64,000 nucleotides of DNA from Escherichia coli (lineage in GTDB: Bacteria; Pseudomonadota; Gammaproteobacteria; Enterobacterales; Enterobacteriaceae). The stretch's first letter is position 1; each line of letters starts with the position of its first letter. The notes below the pieces were generated by a model. That model worked only from the letters and a program-made list of their open reading frames with translations. It had not been told where the DNA came from and ran no database searches. Below, piece after piece: positions 29,036 through 40,354 of this stretch. The position numbers were made by a program, and so were the translations under genes. Location: the NCBI RefSeq assembly GCF_041248615.1, contig NZ_CP158426.1; one strand, 5' to 3'.

Positions 29036-30082
29036 ATGACGCAATTTAATCCCGTTGATCATCCACATCGCCGCTACAACCCGCTCACCGGGCAATGGAT
29101 TCTGGTTTCACCGCACCGCGCTAAGCGCCCCTGGCAGGGGGCGCAGGAAACGCCAGCCAAACAGGTGTTACCTGCGCACGATCCAGATTGCTTCCTCTGC
29201 GCAGGTAATGTGCGGGTGACAGGCGATAAAAACCCCGATTACACCGGGACTTACGTTTTCACTAATGACTTTGCGGCCTTGATGTCTGACACGCCAGATG
29301 CGCCAGAAAGCAACGATCCGCTGATGCGTTGCCAGAGCGCGCGCGGTACCAGCCGGGTGATCTGCTTTTCACCGGATCACAGTAAAACGTTGCCAGAACT
29401 GAGCGTTGCGGCATTGACGGAAATCGTCAAAACCTGGCAGGAGCAAACCGCAGAACTGGGGAAAACATACCCATGGGTGCAGGTCTTTGAAAACAAAGGT
29501 GCGGCGATGGGCTGCTCTAACCCGCATCCGCACGGACAGATTTGGGCAAATAGCTTCCTGCCTAACGAAGCTGAGCGTGAAGACCGCCTGCAAAAAGAAT
29601 ATTTTGCCGAACAGAAATCACCAATGCTGGTGGATTATGTTCAGCGCGAGCTGGCAGACGGTAGCCGTACCGTTGTCGAAACCGAACACTGGTTAGCCGT
29701 TGTGCCTTACTGGGCTGCCTGGCCGTTCGAAACGCTACTGCTGCCCAAAGCCCACGTTTTGCGGATCACCGATTTGACCGACGCCCAGCGCAGCGATTTG
29801 GCGCTGGCGTTGAAAAAGCTGACCAGTCGTTATGACAACCTCTTCCAGTGCTCCTTCCCCTACTCTATGGGCTGGCACGGCGCGCCATTTAATGGCGAAG
29901 AGAATCAACACTGGCAGCTGCACGCGCACTTTTATCCGCCTCTGTTGCGCTCCGCCACCGTACGTAAATTTATGGTTGGTTATGAAATGCTGGCAGAGAC
30001 CCAGCGAGACCTGACCGCAGAACAGGCAGCAGAGCGTTTGCGCGCAGTCAGCGATATCCATTTTCGCGAATCCGGAGTGTAA
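29036..30082 (+). CDS. galT: Galactose-1-phosphate uridylyltransferase
   Basis: 348 aa with the HPH active-site motif ([12 protein letters not shown]). Confidence 0.95.
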   Translation: MTQFNPVDHPHRRYNPLTGQWILVSPHRAKRPWQGAQETPAKQVLPAHDPDCFLCAGNVRVTGDKNPDYTGTYVFTNDFAALMSDTPDAPESNDPLMRCQSARGTSRVICFSPDHSKTLPELSVAALTEIVKTWQEQTAELGKTYPWVQVFENKGAAMGCSNPHPHGQIWANSFLPNEAEREDRLQKEYFAEQKSPMLVDYVQRELADGSRTVVETEHWLAVVPYWAAWPFETLLLPKAHVLRITDLTDAQRSDLALALKKLTSRYDNLFQCSFPYSMGWHGAPFNGEENQHWQLHAHFYPPLLRSATVRKFMVGYEMLAETQRDLTAEQAAERLRAVSDIHFRESGV

Positions 30083-30085
30083 GAA

Positions 30086-31234
30086 ATGAGTCTGAAAGAA
30101 AAAACACAATCTCTGTTTGCCAACGCATTTGGCTACCCTGCCACTCACACCATTCAGGCGCCTGGCCGCGTGAATTTGATTGGTGAACACACCGACTACA
30201 ACGACGGTTTCGTTCTGCCCTGCGCGATTGATTATCAAACCGTGATCAGTTGTGCACCACGCGATGACCGTAAAGTTCGCGTGATGGCAGCCGATTATGA
30301 AAATCAGCTCGACGAGTTTTCCCTCGATGCGCCCATTGTCGCGCATGAAAGCTATCAATGGGCTAACTACGTTCGTGGCGTGGTGAAACATCTGCAACTG
30401 CGTAACAACAGCTTCGGCGGCGTGGACATGGTGATCAGCGGCAATGTGCCGCAGGGTGCCGGGTTAAGTTCTTCCGCTTCACTGGAAGTCGCGGTCGGAA
30501 CCGTATTGCAGCAGCTTTATCATTTGCCGCTGGACGGCGCACAAATCGCGCTTAACGGTCAGGAAGCAGAAAACCAGTTTGTTGGCTGTAACTGCGGGAT
30601 CATGGATCAGCTAATTTCCGCACTCGGCAAGAAAGATCATGCCTTGCTGATTGACTGCCGCTCACTGGGGACTAAAGCAGTTTCCATGCCGAAAGGTGTG
30701 GCTGTCGTCATCATTAACAGTAACTTCAAACGTACCCTGGTTGGCAGCGAATACAACACCCGTCGTGAACAGTGCGAAACTGGTGCGCGTTTCTTCCAGC
30801 AGCCAGCGCTGCGCGATGTCACCATTGAAGAGTTCAACGCTGTTGCGCATGAACTGGACCCAATCGTGGCGAAACGCGTGCGTCATATCCTGACTGAAAA
30901 CGCCCGCACCGTTGAAGCTGCCAGCGCGCTGGAGCAAGGCGACCTGAAACGTATGGGCGAGTTGATGGCGGAGTCTCATGCCTCTATGCGCGATGATTTC
31001 GAAATCACCGTGCCGCAAATTGACACTCTGGTAGAAATCGTCAAAGCTGTGATTGGTGACAAAGGTGGCGTACGCATGACCGGCGGCGGATTTGGCGGCT
31101 GTATCGTCGCGCTGATCCCGGAAGAGCTGGTGCCTGCCGTACAGCAAGCTGTCGCTGAACAATATGAAGCAAAAACAGGTATTAAAGAGACTTTTTACGT
31201 TTGTAAACCATCACAAGGAGCAGGACAGTGCTGA
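30086..31234 (+). CDS. galK: Galactokinase
   Basis: 382 aa GHMP kinase ([14 protein letters not shown]). Confidence 0.95.
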   Translation: MSLKEKTQSLFANAFGYPATHTIQAPGRVNLIGEHTDYNDGFVLPCAIDYQTVISCAPRDDRKVRVMAADYENQLDEFSLDAPIVAHESYQWANYVRGVVKHLQLRNNSFGGVDMVISGNVPQGAGLSSSASLEVAVGTVLQQLYHLPLDGAQIALNGQEAENQFVGCNCGIMDQLISALGKKDHALLIDCRSLGTKAVSMPKGVAVVIINSNFKRTLVGSEYNTRREQCETGARFFQQPALRDVTIEEFNAVAHELDPIVAKRVRHILTENARTVEAASALEQGDLKRMGELMAESHASMRDDFEITVPQIDTLVEIVKAVIGDKGGVRMTGGGFGGCIVALIPEELVPAVQQAVAEQYEAKTGIKETFYVCKPSQGAGQC

Positions 31235-32268
31235 ACGAAACTCCCGCACTGGCACCCGATGGTCAGCCGTACCGACTGTTAACTTTGCGTAACAACGCAG
31301 GGATGGTAGTCACGCTGATGGACTGGGGTGCGACTTTACTTTCAGCCCGTATTCCGCTTTCCGATGGCAGCGTCCGCGAGGCGCTGCTCGGCTGTGCCAG
31401 CCCGGAATGCTATCAGGATCAGGCCGCGTTTCTGGGGGCCTCTATTGGTCGTTATGCCAACCGTATCGCCAATAGCCGTTATACCTTTGACGGTGAAACC
31501 GTGACGCTTTCGCCAAGTCAGGGCGTTAACCAGCTGCACGGCGGCCCGGAAGGGTTCGACAAACGTCGCTGGCAGATTGTGAACCAGAACGATCGTCAGG
31601 TACTGTTTGCCCTGAGTTCAGATGATGGCGATCAGGGCTTCCCGGGTAATCTCGGTGCGACGGTGCAATATCGTCTGACCGACGATAACCGTATCTCCAT
31701 TACTTATCGCGCCACAGTTGATAAACCTTGCCCGGTGAATATGACTAATCACGTCTATTTCAATCTTGACGGCGAGCAGTCTGACGTGCGCAATCACAAG
31801 TTGCAGATTCTGGCGGACGAATATCTGCCGGTTGATGAAGGCGGCATTCCGCTCGACGGCCTGAAATCTGTCGCCGGAACGTCTTTTGATTTCCGCAGCG
31901 CCAAAATCATCGCCAGTGAGTTTCTTGCCGACGACGATCAGCGCAAAGTGAAAGGTTACGATCACGCATTCTTGTTACAGGCCAAAGGCGATGGCAAGAA
32001 AGTGGCGGCGCATGTCTGGTCAGCAGATGAAAAATTGCAGCTGAAGGTCTACACCACCGCTCCGGCTCTGCAATTCTACTCCGGCAACTTCCTCGGCGGC
32101 ACACCGTCGCGGGGAACCGAACCTTACGCCGACTGGCATGGGCTGGCTCTGGAAAGCGAGTTTCTGCCGGACAGCCCGAACCACCCTGAATGGCCGCAAC
32201 CGGACTGCTTCCTGCGTCCTGGCGAAGAGTATTCCAGCCTGACGGAATATCAGTTTATTGCTGAGTAA
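31228..32268 (+). CDS. galM: Aldose 1-epimerase (galactose mutarotase)
   Basis: 346 aa; overlaps the galK end. Confidence 0.9.
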   Translation: MLNETPALAPDGQPYRLLTLRNNAGMVVTLMDWGATLLSARIPLSDGSVREALLGCASPECYQDQAAFLGASIGRYANRIANSRYTFDGETVTLSPSQGVNQLHGGPEGFDKRRWQIVNQNDRQVLFALSSDDGDQGFPGNLGATVQYRLTDDNRISITYRATVDKPCPVNMTNHVYFNLDGEQSDVRNHKLQILADEYLPVDEGGIPLDGLKSVAGTSFDFRSAKIIASEFLADDDQRKVKGYDHAFLLQAKGDGKKVAAHVWSADEKLQLKVYTTAPALQFYSGNFLGGTPSRGTEPYADWHGLALESEFLPDSPNHPEWPQPDCFLRPGEEYSSLTEYQFIAE

Positions 32269-32470
32269 TGTTAAGCCCTCGTCATGAGGGCTTTATCTTC
32301 ATATTGTTCAAATCACCAGCGAACACCGACATATTTGCAACTCAATATTCACAACAACCTTACACTGCGACACTATTTTCGCTATGGTTATGCGTAAGCA
32401 TTGCTGTTGCTTCGTCACGGCAATATAATGAGAATTATTATCATTAAAAGATGATTTGAGGAGTAAGTAT

Positions 32471-33223
32471 ATGGCTGTAACTAAGCTGGTTCTGGTTCGT
32501 CATGGCGAAAGTCAGTGGAACAAAGAAAACCGTTTCACCGGTTGGTACGACGTGGATCTGTCTGAGAAAGGCGTAAGCGAAGCAAAAGCAGCAGGTAAGC
32601 TGCTGAAAGAGGAAGGTTACAGCTTTGACTTTGCTTACACCTCTGTGCTGAAACGCGCTATCCATACCCTGTGGAATGTGCTGGACGAACTGGATCAGGC
32701 ATGGCTGCCCGTTGAGAAATCCTGGAAACTGAACGAACGTCACTACGGTGCGTTGCAGGGTCTGAACAAAGCGGAAACTGCTGAAAAGTATGGCGACGAG
32801 CAGGTGAAACAGTGGCGTCGTGGTTTTGCAGTGACTCCGCCGGAACTGACTAAAGATGATGAGCGTTATCCGGGTCACGATCCGCGTTACGCGAAACTGA
32901 GCGAGAAAGAACTGCCGCTGACGGAAAGCCTGGCGCTGACCATTGACCGCGTGATCCCTTACTGGAATGAAACTATTCTACCGCGTATGAAGAGCGGTGA
33001 GCGCGTAATCATCGCTGCACACGGTAACTCGTTACGTGCGCTGGTGAAATATCTTGATAACATGAGCGAAGAAGAGATTCTTGAGCTGAATATCCCGACC
33101 GGCGTGCCGCTGGTTTATGAGTTTGACGAGAACTTCAAACCGCTGAAACGCTATTATCTGGGTAATGCTGACGAGATCGCGGCGAAAGCAGCAGCCGTTG
33201 CGAACCAGGGTAAAGCGAAGTAA
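32471..33223 (+). CDS. gpmA: 2,3-bisphosphoglycerate-dependent phosphoglycerate mutase
   Basis: Track ORF 32456..33223 trimmed to [17 protein letters not shown] (250 aa), the histidine phosphatase RHGE motif. Confidence 0.95.
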
Positions 33224-33251
33224 ACGTCATTCGTTTAAAAATAAATATCCT

Positions 33252-33276
33252 CCGGCATAGCCGGAGGTTTTTCAAA
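33252..33276 (+). terminator. Intrinsic terminator after gpmA
   Basis: Hairpin cctccggc-ata-gccggagg followed by ttttt. Confidence 0.5.
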
Positions 33277-33284
33277 TGCGCCTA

Positions 33285-33995
33285 TAAGGCTCTCTTACCA
33301 GCCGCGCCCTAACAGGCGCACACGATCTGACATTTGCATCCAACTTCGTTACTTACGGCCCGTAAACGGGCTGCCCGGATAGGGAATCGATAACTGCTCT
33401 CCCATTTTATCCTCTTCAAGCTGGTGCTTTATGTAATCCTGTATCTTCGCCGTGTTCTTACCCACCGTATCGACGTAGTACCCTCTGCACCAGAACTCTC
33501 TGTTCCTGTATTTGAATTTCAAATCACCAAACTGCTCGTAAAGCATCAGACTGCTTTTCCCTTTCAGATATCCCATAAAGCCGGATACGCTCATTTTGGG
33601 CGGGATCTCCACAAGCATATGGATATGATCTGCACAGCATTCAGCTTCAAGAATCCGTACGCTTTTCCACTCACACAGCTTTCTCAAAATACTGCCTATT
33701 GCTCTACGCTTCTCTCTGTAGAACACTTGTCTTCGGTATTTTGGCGCAAAAACTATGTGATATTTACAGTTCCATCGGGTGTGCGCTAAGCTCTTTTCGT
33801 TCCCCATTGGGACCCCCTTTTGATTTCTTGTTTGACACTTGCAGTTGCCAGACCGCAAGGTGTTTTAACAAATCAAAAGGGGTTTTAATAACTGGCTCAA
33901 AGCTGAAAGCTTTCCGGAACCCCCAGCCTAGCTGGGGGTTTTCTGTGCACAATGAGAAAGCCGACTGCAAGTGAGTCGGCTTTTTTGTTTGTCGT
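33285..33995 (-). mobile_element. IS200-family insertion sequence (approximate ends)
   Basis: Contains a 152 aa Y1 (HUH) transposase gene; element size approx 0.7 kb consistent with IS200. A strong hairpin gccgactgcaagtgagtcggc with T-tract at 33961-33988 lies near the tnpA-proximal end. Exact ends not determined. Confidence 0.6.
33349..33807 (-). CDS. tnpA: IS200/IS605-family transposase TnpA (Y1 HUH transposase)
   Basis: Track ORF 33349..33858 trimmed to MGNEKSLAHTRWNCKYHIVFAPKYRRQVFY... (152 aa), with the HxH motif (DHIHMLVEIPP) and a conserved Tyr region. Confidence 0.85.
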   Translation of the reverse strand: MGNEKSLAHTRWNCKYHIVFAPKYRRQVFYREKRRAIGSILRKLCEWKSVRILEAECCADHIHMLVEIPPKMSVSGFMGYLKGKSSLMLYEQFGDLKFKYRNREFWCRGYYVDTVGKNTAKIQDYIKHQLEEDKMGEQLSIPYPGSPFTGRK

Positions 33996-34009
33996 TGCTA
34001 ACAATGGAG

Positions 34010-34090
34010 CACATTGCCTGATGCGACGCTGCGCGTCTTGCCAGGGCTACGGTGATTCATCGGATACGCCACTCTGACGGCGCATCCGAC
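34010..34090. repeat. REP-like palindromic unit(s) downstream of aroG
   Basis: gcctgatgcgacgctgcgcgtcttgccagggctac and inverted cggatacgccactctgacggcgcatccgac resemble E. coli REP/BIME elements. Confidence 0.4.
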
Positions 34091-34099
34091 AATTAAACC

Positions 34100-35152
34100 T
34101 TACCCGCGACGCGCTTTTACTGCATTCGCCAGTTGACGTAACAGAGCATCGGTATCATCCCAGCCAATGCAGGCATCGGTGATGCTCTTGCCATAGGCCA
34201 GCGGTTCCCCACTCTCGAGGCTCTGATTGCCTTCCACCAGATGGCTTTCCACCATCACGCCAATAATGGCCTTTTCGCCACCGGCAATCTGCTGGCAAAC
34301 GTCAGTACAAACATCCATCTGCTTTTTGAATTGTTTGGACGAATTAGCATGGCTGAAATCGATCATCACCTGTGCTGGCAGGCCTGCTTTGTTCAGCCCT
34401 TCTTTCACTTCAGCAACGTGCTTCGCGCTGTAGTTAGGCTCTTTACCGCCGCGCAGAATGATATGGCAATCGCCGTTACCGCTGGTATTCACAATCGCCG
34501 AATGCCCCCATTTCGTTACGGACAGGAAGCAGTGCGGCGCACCGGCGGCATTAATGGCATCGATAGCCACTTTAATCGTACCATCAGTGCCATTTTTGAA
34601 GCCTACCGGGCAAGAAAGACCAGACGCCAGTTCGCGGTGCACCTGCGATTCCGTGGTACGTGCGCCAATTGCGCCCCAGCTCATCAGGTCAGCGAGATAC
34701 TGCGGGGTGATCATATCGAGAAATTCACCCGCCGCTGGCAGACCGCTATCGTTAATATCGAGCAGCAATTTACGGGCGATTCGCAAACCGTCGTTGATCT
34801 GGAAGCTGTTATCCATATGTGGATCGTTAATCAGCCCTTTCCAGCCCACCGTGGTGCGCGGCTTTTCAAAATAGACGCGCATCACGATTTCCAGCTCATC
34901 TTGCAGCTCTTCACGCAGCGCCAGCAAGCGAGTGGCATACTCTTTAGCAGCGACAGGATCATGAATTGAGCACGGACCAATCACAACCAACAGGCGATCA
35001 TCATTACCTTTCAGGATCTTATGGATCGCTTTTCGGGCATGGGCGACCGTATTCGCGGCATTTTCAGTAGCGGGGAATTTTTCCAGCAATGCGACAGGAG
35101 GAAGTAACTCTTTGATTTCTTTGATGCGTAAATCGTCGTTCTGATAATTCAT
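34100..35152 (-). CDS. aroG: DAHP synthase, Phe-sensitive
   Basis: 350 aa MNYQNDDLRIKEIKELLPPVALLEKFPATENAANTVAHARKAIHKILKGNDDRLLVVIGPCSIHDP; matches AroG from memory. Confidence 0.95.
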   Translation of the reverse strand: MNYQNDDLRIKEIKELLPPVALLEKFPATENAANTVAHARKAIHKILKGNDDRLLVVIGPCSIHDPVAAKEYATRLLALREELQDELEIVMRVYFEKPRTTVGWKGLINDPHMDNSFQINDGLRIARKLLLDINDSGLPAAGEFLDMITPQYLADLMSWGAIGARTTESQVHRELASGLSCPVGFKNGTDGTIKVAIDAINAAGAPHCFLSVTKWGHSAIVNTSGNGDCHIILRGGKEPNYSAKHVAEVKEGLNKAGLPAQVMIDFSHANSSKQFKKQMDVCTDVCQQIAGGEKAIIGVMVESHLVEGNQSLESGEPLAYGKSITDACIGWDDTDALLRQLANAVKARRG

Positions 35153-35467
35153 GTCTGTTCCAGTGTTGCCATACTTATCTTAGTGAATGCAATACTTCCA
35201 ATCTATATCTTCCGTCAGAATGTGTAAACGGGGTTTTACACTATGAACGGATTAATCCTGGAATTAGCAAGAAAAACGCCAGATTGTCGCGAAAAACGAG
35301 ATCTCTCCTACAATTTCTAACTGTAACTCCTTTGTTTGTTAATTATTTCAAGATTCTCTGCTGGGTATCTTTGCCTGGCTGAAATCTTAAACCATTGCCT
35401 TATATTCACCTGCAAATGCACTGTTGGAAGAGGTTATCCGACATAACGACCATAACAGGAGCATCCT

Positions 35468-35848
35468 ATGAAAATGACAAAACTGGCCACACTATTTTTG
35501 ACTGCCACTCTAAGCCTTGCCAGCGGTGCCGCACTGGCTGCCGATAGCGGAGCGCAAAGCAATAACGGCCAGGCAAACGCCGCAGCTGATGCGGGCCAGG
35601 TAGCCCCTGATGCCCGTGAAAATGTCGCGCCAAATAACGTCGACAATAACGGGGTAAATACCGGTTCTGGCGGCACAATGCTGCATCCGGATGGTTCTTC
35701 AATGAACAATGACGGCATGACCAAAGATGAAGAGCACAAGAACACCATGTGCAAAGATGGTCGCTGTCCGGATATCAATAAAAAGGTACAAACTGGTGAT
35801 GGCATCAACAATGATGTCGATACCAAAACCGACGGTACCACGCAGTAA
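35468..35848 (+). CDS. ybgS: Periplasmic protein YbgS
   Basis: 126 aa with signal peptide and low-complexity N/G/D-rich sequence; K-12 order. Confidence 0.8.
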   Translation: MKMTKLATLFLTATLSLASGAALAADSGAQSNNGQANAAADAGQVAPDARENVAPNNVDNNGVNTGSGGTMLHPDGSSMNNDGMTKDEEHKNTMCKDGRCPDINKKVQTGDGINNDVDTKTDGTTQ

Positions 35849-35961
35849 CCCTGCGAAATAGCCAATAATGGGAGAGCGGAGTCTCTCCCTTTTAATTTTT
35901 CCCTTCTAAAAGCAGTATGATGTCATAAAGTTAAGTGAGAATAATTAAGGGATGACTCGTC

Positions 35962-36903
35962 ATGGCGCACTCACACTCACACACTTCCTCACACCTGCCA
36001 GAAGATAATAATGCTCGTCGCTTGTTGTATGCTTTCGGCGTGACTGCCGGGTTTATGCTCGTAGAAGTCATTGGTGGTTTTCTTTCCGGTTCTCTGGCAT
36101 TGCTGGCCGATGCGGGTCATATGTTGACCGATACTGCCGCCCTGCTTTTCGCCCTACTCGCAGTGCAATTTTCCCGTCGTCCTCCCACCATTCGCCACAC
36201 TTTCGGTTGGCTAAGATTGACCACGCTCGCGGCGTTTGTGAATGCCATCGCCCTGGTGGTGATTACTATTTTGATTGTCTGGGAGGCGATAGAACGCTTC
36301 CGCACTCCGCGTCCGGTCGAGGGCGGCATGATGATGGCAATTGCCGTGGCTGGGCTGCTGGCAAATATACTTTCTTTCTGGTTACTTCATCACGGCAGCG
36401 AAGAGAAAAACCTCAACGTGCGAGCAGCGGCACTGCATGTGCTCGGGGACCTGCTGGGTTCGGTTGGGGCTATTATTGCCGCGTTGATTATTATCTGGAC
36501 CGGCTGGACACCTGCTGACCCCATTCTCTCAATACTGGTGTCGCTTCTGGTTCTGCGTAGCGCGTGGCGACTGTTGAAAGATAGCGTGAATGAATTACTT
36601 GAAGGTGCACCGGTATCGCTGGATATCGCCGAACTGAAGCGTCGTATGTGCCGGGAAATCCCGGAAGTCCGCAATGTGCACCATGTACATGTATGGATGG
36701 TAGGCGAGAAGCCGGTGATGACGCTGCATGTGCAGGTGATCCCGCCACACGATCACGATGCCTTGTTAGATCAGATCCAACACTACCTGATGGATCACTA
36801 TCAGATTGAGCACGCCACTATTCAGATGGAATATCAACCTTGTCATGGGCCAGACTGCCACCTGAATGAAGGGGTGTCTGGCCATTCACATCATCACCAT
36901 TAA
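35962..36903 (+). CDS. zitB: Zinc efflux transporter ZitB (cation diffusion facilitator)
   Basis: 313 aa; His-rich N-terminus and C-terminus (GHSHHHH). Confidence 0.9.
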   Translation: MAHSHSHTSSHLPEDNNARRLLYAFGVTAGFMLVEVIGGFLSGSLALLADAGHMLTDTAALLFALLAVQFSRRPPTIRHTFGWLRLTTLAAFVNAIALVVITILIVWEAIERFRTPRPVEGGMMMAIAVAGLLANILSFWLLHHGSEEKNLNVRAAALHVLGDLLGSVGAIIAALIIIWTGWTPADPILSILVSLLVLRSAWRLLKDSVNELLEGAPVSLDIAELKRRMCREIPEVRNVHHVHVWMVGEKPVMTLHVQVIPPHDHDALLDQIQHYLMDHYQIEHATIQMEYQPCHGPDCHLNEGVSGHSHHHH

Positions 36904-37619
36904 TGGGACAGCGCGCGTGAACCTCTTTCGCGTGCGCTGTTGATCCACATCCGGCTGCCGTTGAGGGCAATAAAGGTCAGGATGATGTACTCCAGAGACA
37001 TGGCGTAAACGCCCTGAAGTGCAAAAATAACGACGCTAATCACGTTAATAATCACCCACAACAGCCAGTTTTCCACATACTTACGCGTCATCAGAATCAT
37101 TGCCACGATAGATAACACCATCATGCATGAATCCCAGAACGGGAAAGCGTCCGGTTGCAGTTCAGGCATCACAACCTGTAATCCTAATGCTTGCATGATC
37201 ATGACTGCCACGCGGGTCAAAAATGCAAACACCGGATTGATAAATACCGTCATCAGACCAATCGAAACAACGCAAACCGCCAACCAGCTTAGCGCCTTCG
37301 GCAATGGCAACCAGCGAATTTTCAACTCCGCCTCGTTCTGACTGGTTTGTCGCGACCACGCATACCAACCGTAAATATTCGCGGCAAAGAAAAACACCTG
37401 TAATAGCAGGCTGGCATACAGCTGAATCTGAAAGAAAATAATGCCAAACAAGGTGACGTTGATCAGGCCAAAGAAGTAGTTGCTGATCTTCTCCAGACTG
37501 GCAAGGCCAATACACAGCAACCCGGCGATCGTGCCTACCGCTTCGATCCATGAGAGATCATAACCGCCTGCTCCTATTGGTATATGTACCAGGATATTCT
37601 GCACACTAAAAAAATCCAT
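36900..37619 (-). CDS. pnuC: Nicotinamide riboside transporter PnuC
   Basis: 239 aa membrane protein; operon with nadA. Confidence 0.9.
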   Translation of the reverse strand: MDFFSVQNILVHIPIGAGGYDLSWIEAVGTIAGLLCIGLASLEKISNYFFGLINVTLFGIIFFQIQLYASLLLQVFFFAANIYGWYAWSRQTSQNEAELKIRWLPLPKALSWLAVCVVSIGLMTVFINPVFAFLTRVAVMIMQALGLQVVMPELQPDAFPFWDSCMMVLSIVAMILMTRKYVENWLLWVIINVISVVIFALQGVYAMSLEYIILTFIALNGSRMWINSARERGSRALSH

Positions 37620-37656
37620 CTTTCCCCCAAAGCGTAACGTTACGCCTTATTATTCG

Positions 37657-38700
37657 TTATCCACGTAGTGTAGCCGCAAAATCCAGCATACGATTGAGCG
37701 GCACCAGCGCCCTCTCTCGCAGCCTTTCCTCAACATGAACCTCATGATTGCTTCCTTCCTGTTCTAATGCCTCTGCGATGGCCTGAAGGCCATTCATGGC
37801 CATCCACGGACAATGCGCGCAGCTGCGGCAGGTTGCACCCTCACCTGCGGTTGGTGCTTCCAGTAACTCTTTATCTGGCACCGCCTGCTGCATTTTGTAG
37901 AAAATACCCCGATCGGTTGCCACAATAAGCCTCTGATGTGGCAATGTTTTCGCAGCAGCGATCAGTTGACTGGTGGAACCGACCGCATCCGCCATATCGA
38001 CAATAGCTTGTGGTGATTCTGGATGCACCAGTATGGCAGCATCCGGGTATTCTTCTTGCAAGCGGGTTAACGCCTGAGTCTTAAATTCATCATGCACAAT
38101 GCAGGCACCCTGCCAGCATAAAATGTCTGCGCCCGTCTGTTTTTGCACGTAACGCCCCAGATGTTTGTCGGGTGCCCAGATGATTTTTTCACCCAAACTA
38201 TCCAGATGATCAATAAGTTCGACGGCAATGCTTGAAGTTACCACCCAATCTGCCCGCGCTTTTACCGCAGCAGAAGTGTTGGCGTAGACGACGACAGTAC
38301 GATCGGGATGGGCATCGCAAAATGCGTTAAATTCCTCAACAGGGCAGCCGAGATCCAGTGAACATTCAGCCTGAAGTGTCGGCATCAGAATTGTTTTTTC
38401 CGGACTGAGAATTTTGGCGGTTTCTCCCATAAATCTCACCCCAGCGACTAACAACGTAGAAGCGGGATGCTTTGCACCGAAGCGCGCCATTTCCAGAGAA
38501 TCAGAAATACAGCCACCGGTTTCTTCTGCCAGTTGTTGAATTTCGGGATCGGTATAGTAATGGGCAACCATCACCGCATTACGTTCTTTTAGCAGACATT
38601 TTATCTTCTCGCGGTAATACGCTTTTTCATCAATGCTTAACGGTGTCGGCTTCGGGGGGAAAGGATAAATCGCCGTGTCTGGATCAAACATCACGCTCAT
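37657..38700 (-). CDS. nadA: Quinolinate synthase A
   Basis: 347 aa; K-12 order. Confidence 0.9.
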   Translation of the reverse strand: MSVMFDPDTAIYPFPPKPTPLSIDEKAYYREKIKCLLKERNAVMVAHYYTDPEIQQLAEETGGCISDSLEMARFGAKHPASTLLVAGVRFMGETAKILSPEKTILMPTLQAECSLDLGCPVEEFNAFCDAHPDRTVVVYANTSAAVKARADWVVTSSIAVELIDHLDSLGEKIIWAPDKHLGRYVQKQTGADILCWQGACIVHDEFKTQALTRLQEEYPDAAILVHPESPQAIVDMADAVGSTSQLIAAAKTLPHQRLIVATDRGIFYKMQQAVPDKELLEAPTAGEGATCRSCAHCPWMAMNGLQAIAEALEQEGSNHEVHVEERLRERALVPLNRMLDFAATLRG

Positions 38701-38939
38701 CTTACCATCTCGTTTTACAGGCTTAACGTTAAAACCGACATGAGCGTAATATTCGCTGTTATCGGTGAAATTTGTTTTATATGCTAAACAAGATAGTCGA
38801 ATGGTGGGGAAAAGTCACTCGAATTACGTATGAGATGACGAATGCCACACTTTGCGTCTTATTCCTCCGACGTAGAGTTGTTTACGCAGCAAGCGCGGAG
38901 TATGTCATCAGGGTTAAGAATTGAAATTGAGAGATGCCT

Positions 38940-39308
38940 GATAGCAAAAAAGCGCCTTTAGGGCGCTTTTTTACATTGGTGGGTCGTGCAGGATGACTCG
39001 CTTCGCTCGCCCTTCGGGCCGTCGCCGCGAGCGGCTCCGTTGTTTCGCTGCGCTCAACTCAAACCTGCTGCAGGTTCGAATCTTTGAGTATCGCAGATAG
39101 CAAAAAAGCGCCTTTAGGGCGCTTTTTTACATTGGTGGGTCGTGCAGGATGACTCGCTTCGCTCGCCCTTCGGGCCGTCGCCGCGAGCGGCTCCGTTGTT
39201 TCGCTGCGCTCAACTCGAACCTGCTGCAGGTTCGAATCTTTGAGTATCGCAGATAGCAAAAAAGCGCCTTTAGGGCGCTTTTTTACATTGGTGGGTCGTG
39301 CAGGATTC
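38940..39308. repeat. Tandem repeat, 156 bp unit x ~2.4, downstream of the tRNA operon; each unit has a terminator hairpin and a 17 nt tRNA-Lys 3' fragment
   Basis: Units at 38940-39095 and 39096-39251, with a partial third copy merging into the 3' end of the last tRNA-Lys. Each unit holds aaaaaagcgcctttagggcgctttttt plus tggtgggtcgtgcagga plus tgactcgcttcgctcgcccttcgggccg... Confidence 0.8.
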
Positions 39309-39364
39309 GAACCTGCGACCAATTGATTAAAAGTCAACTGCTCTACCAACTGAGCTAACGACCC
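39289..39364 (-). tRNA. lysQ: tRNA-Lys (anticodon UUU)
   Basis: 76 nt; reverse complement matches E. coli tRNA-Lys (GGGTCGTTAGCTCAGTTGGTAGAGCAGTTGACTTTTAATCAATTGGTCGCAGGTTCGAATCCTGCACGACCCACCA). Name assigned by K-12 operon order. Confidence 0.9.
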
Positions 39365-39397
39365 CTTGCGGGATTATGCTGCTTTAATCATTCAGGA

Positions 39398-39473
39398 TGG
39401 TGGGTCGTGCAGGATTCGAACCTGCGACCAATTGATTAAAAGTCAACTGCTCTACCAACTGAGCTAACGACCC
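39398..39473 (-). tRNA. lysZ: tRNA-Lys (UUU)
   Basis: Same 76 nt tRNA-Lys sequence; name by K-12 operon order. Confidence 0.9.
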
Positions 39474-39619
39474 ATACGGGTGTTACCTGAAAGATTTCTA
39501 CTCGGAACCAATCTTTAAAATTGGTGGGTCGTGCAGGATGACTCGCTTCGCTCGCCCTTCGGGCCGTTGCTGGCGCAACGTTATCCTTCACGCTTAACAT
39601 CTGAGTTTGATGTTAAAAT

Positions 39620-39695
39620 TGGTGGGTCGTGCAGGATTCGAACCTGCGACCAATTGATTAAAAGTCAACTGCTCTACCAACTGAGCTAACGACCC
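39620..39695 (-). tRNA. lysY: tRNA-Lys (UUU)
   Basis: Same 76 nt tRNA-Lys sequence; name by K-12 operon order. Confidence 0.9.
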
Positions 39696-39698
39696 GAG

Positions 39699-39774
39699 TG
39701 GTGGGTGATGACGGGATCGAACCGCCGACCCCCTCCTTGTAAGGGAGGTGCTCTCCCAGCTGAGCTAATCACCC
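39699..39774 (-). tRNA. valZ: tRNA-Val (anticodon UAC)
   Basis: 76 nt; reverse complement matches E. coli tRNA-Val(UAC) (GGGTGATTAGCTCAGCTGGGAGAGCACCTCCCTTACAAGGAGGGGGTCGGCGGTTCGATCCCGTCATCACCCACCA). Confidence 0.9.
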
Positions 39775-39825
39775 GATACTGCGCTGGATACTACAAACTA
39801 CTTCCACCGAACCCACCGTAATTAG

Positions 39826-39901
39826 TGGTGGGTCGTGCAGGATTCGAACCTGCGACCAATTGATTAAAAGTCAACTGCTCTACCAACTGAGCTAACGACC
39901 C
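39826..39901 (-). tRNA. lysW: tRNA-Lys (UUU)
   Basis: Same 76 nt tRNA-Lys sequence. Confidence 0.9.
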
Positions 39902-39903
39902 GG

Positions 39904-39979
39904 TGGTGGGTGATGACGGGATCGAACCGCCGACCCCCTCCTTGTAAGGGAGGTGCTCTCCCAGCTGAGCTAATCACCC
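39904..39979 (-). tRNA. valT: tRNA-Val (UAC)
   Basis: Same 76 nt tRNA-Val sequence. Confidence 0.9.
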
Positions 39980-40114
39980 GATACTACGCTGGATACTACA
40001 ACTAACTATGTTAGTGGTGGGTCGTGCAGGATGACTCGACTTCGTCTCGCCCTTCGGGCCGTTGCTGACGCAACGTTATCCTTCACGTTTTACTACCGCT
40101 TCCACCTTAGCGAT

Positions 40115-40190
40115 TGGTGGGTCGTGCAGGATTCGAACCTGCGACCAATTGATTAAAAGTCAACTGCTCTACCAACTGAGCTAACGACCC
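40115..40190 (-). tRNA. lysT: tRNA-Lys (UUU), first gene of the operon
   Basis: Same 76 nt tRNA-Lys sequence; the promoter is expected upstream at higher coordinates. Confidence 0.9.
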
Positions 40191-40354
40191 ACTTTTTCGT
40201 TGCTTTCGGTTTGTTTGATATCCCGTGGCAACGGCGGCATATATTACTGATTTCAGACTTGAGCGCAACAAAAATTTCGATGTAGATCACTCAACTGCTT
40301 ATGATTCGCACGACACGACCAGAAATAATGCGACTTCTGGTCGTGTGTTATGCA

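Noticed and set aside
39059-39349. 96 aa ORF with an internal exact repeat (SHPARPTNVKKRPKGAFLLSAILKDSNLQQV twice) next to the tRNA operon
   Set aside because: It is a read-through of the 156 bp tandem repeat and the end of a tRNA gene, it includes terminator hairpins, and there is no RBS. Treated as non-coding repeat.
38940-40200. Possible CRISPR array, suggested by regularly spaced repeats near tRNA genes
   Set aside because: The repeated units are full tRNA genes and a 156 bp tandem unit containing tRNA fragments and terminator hairpins, not short direct repeats with unique spacers. No cas genes are present.
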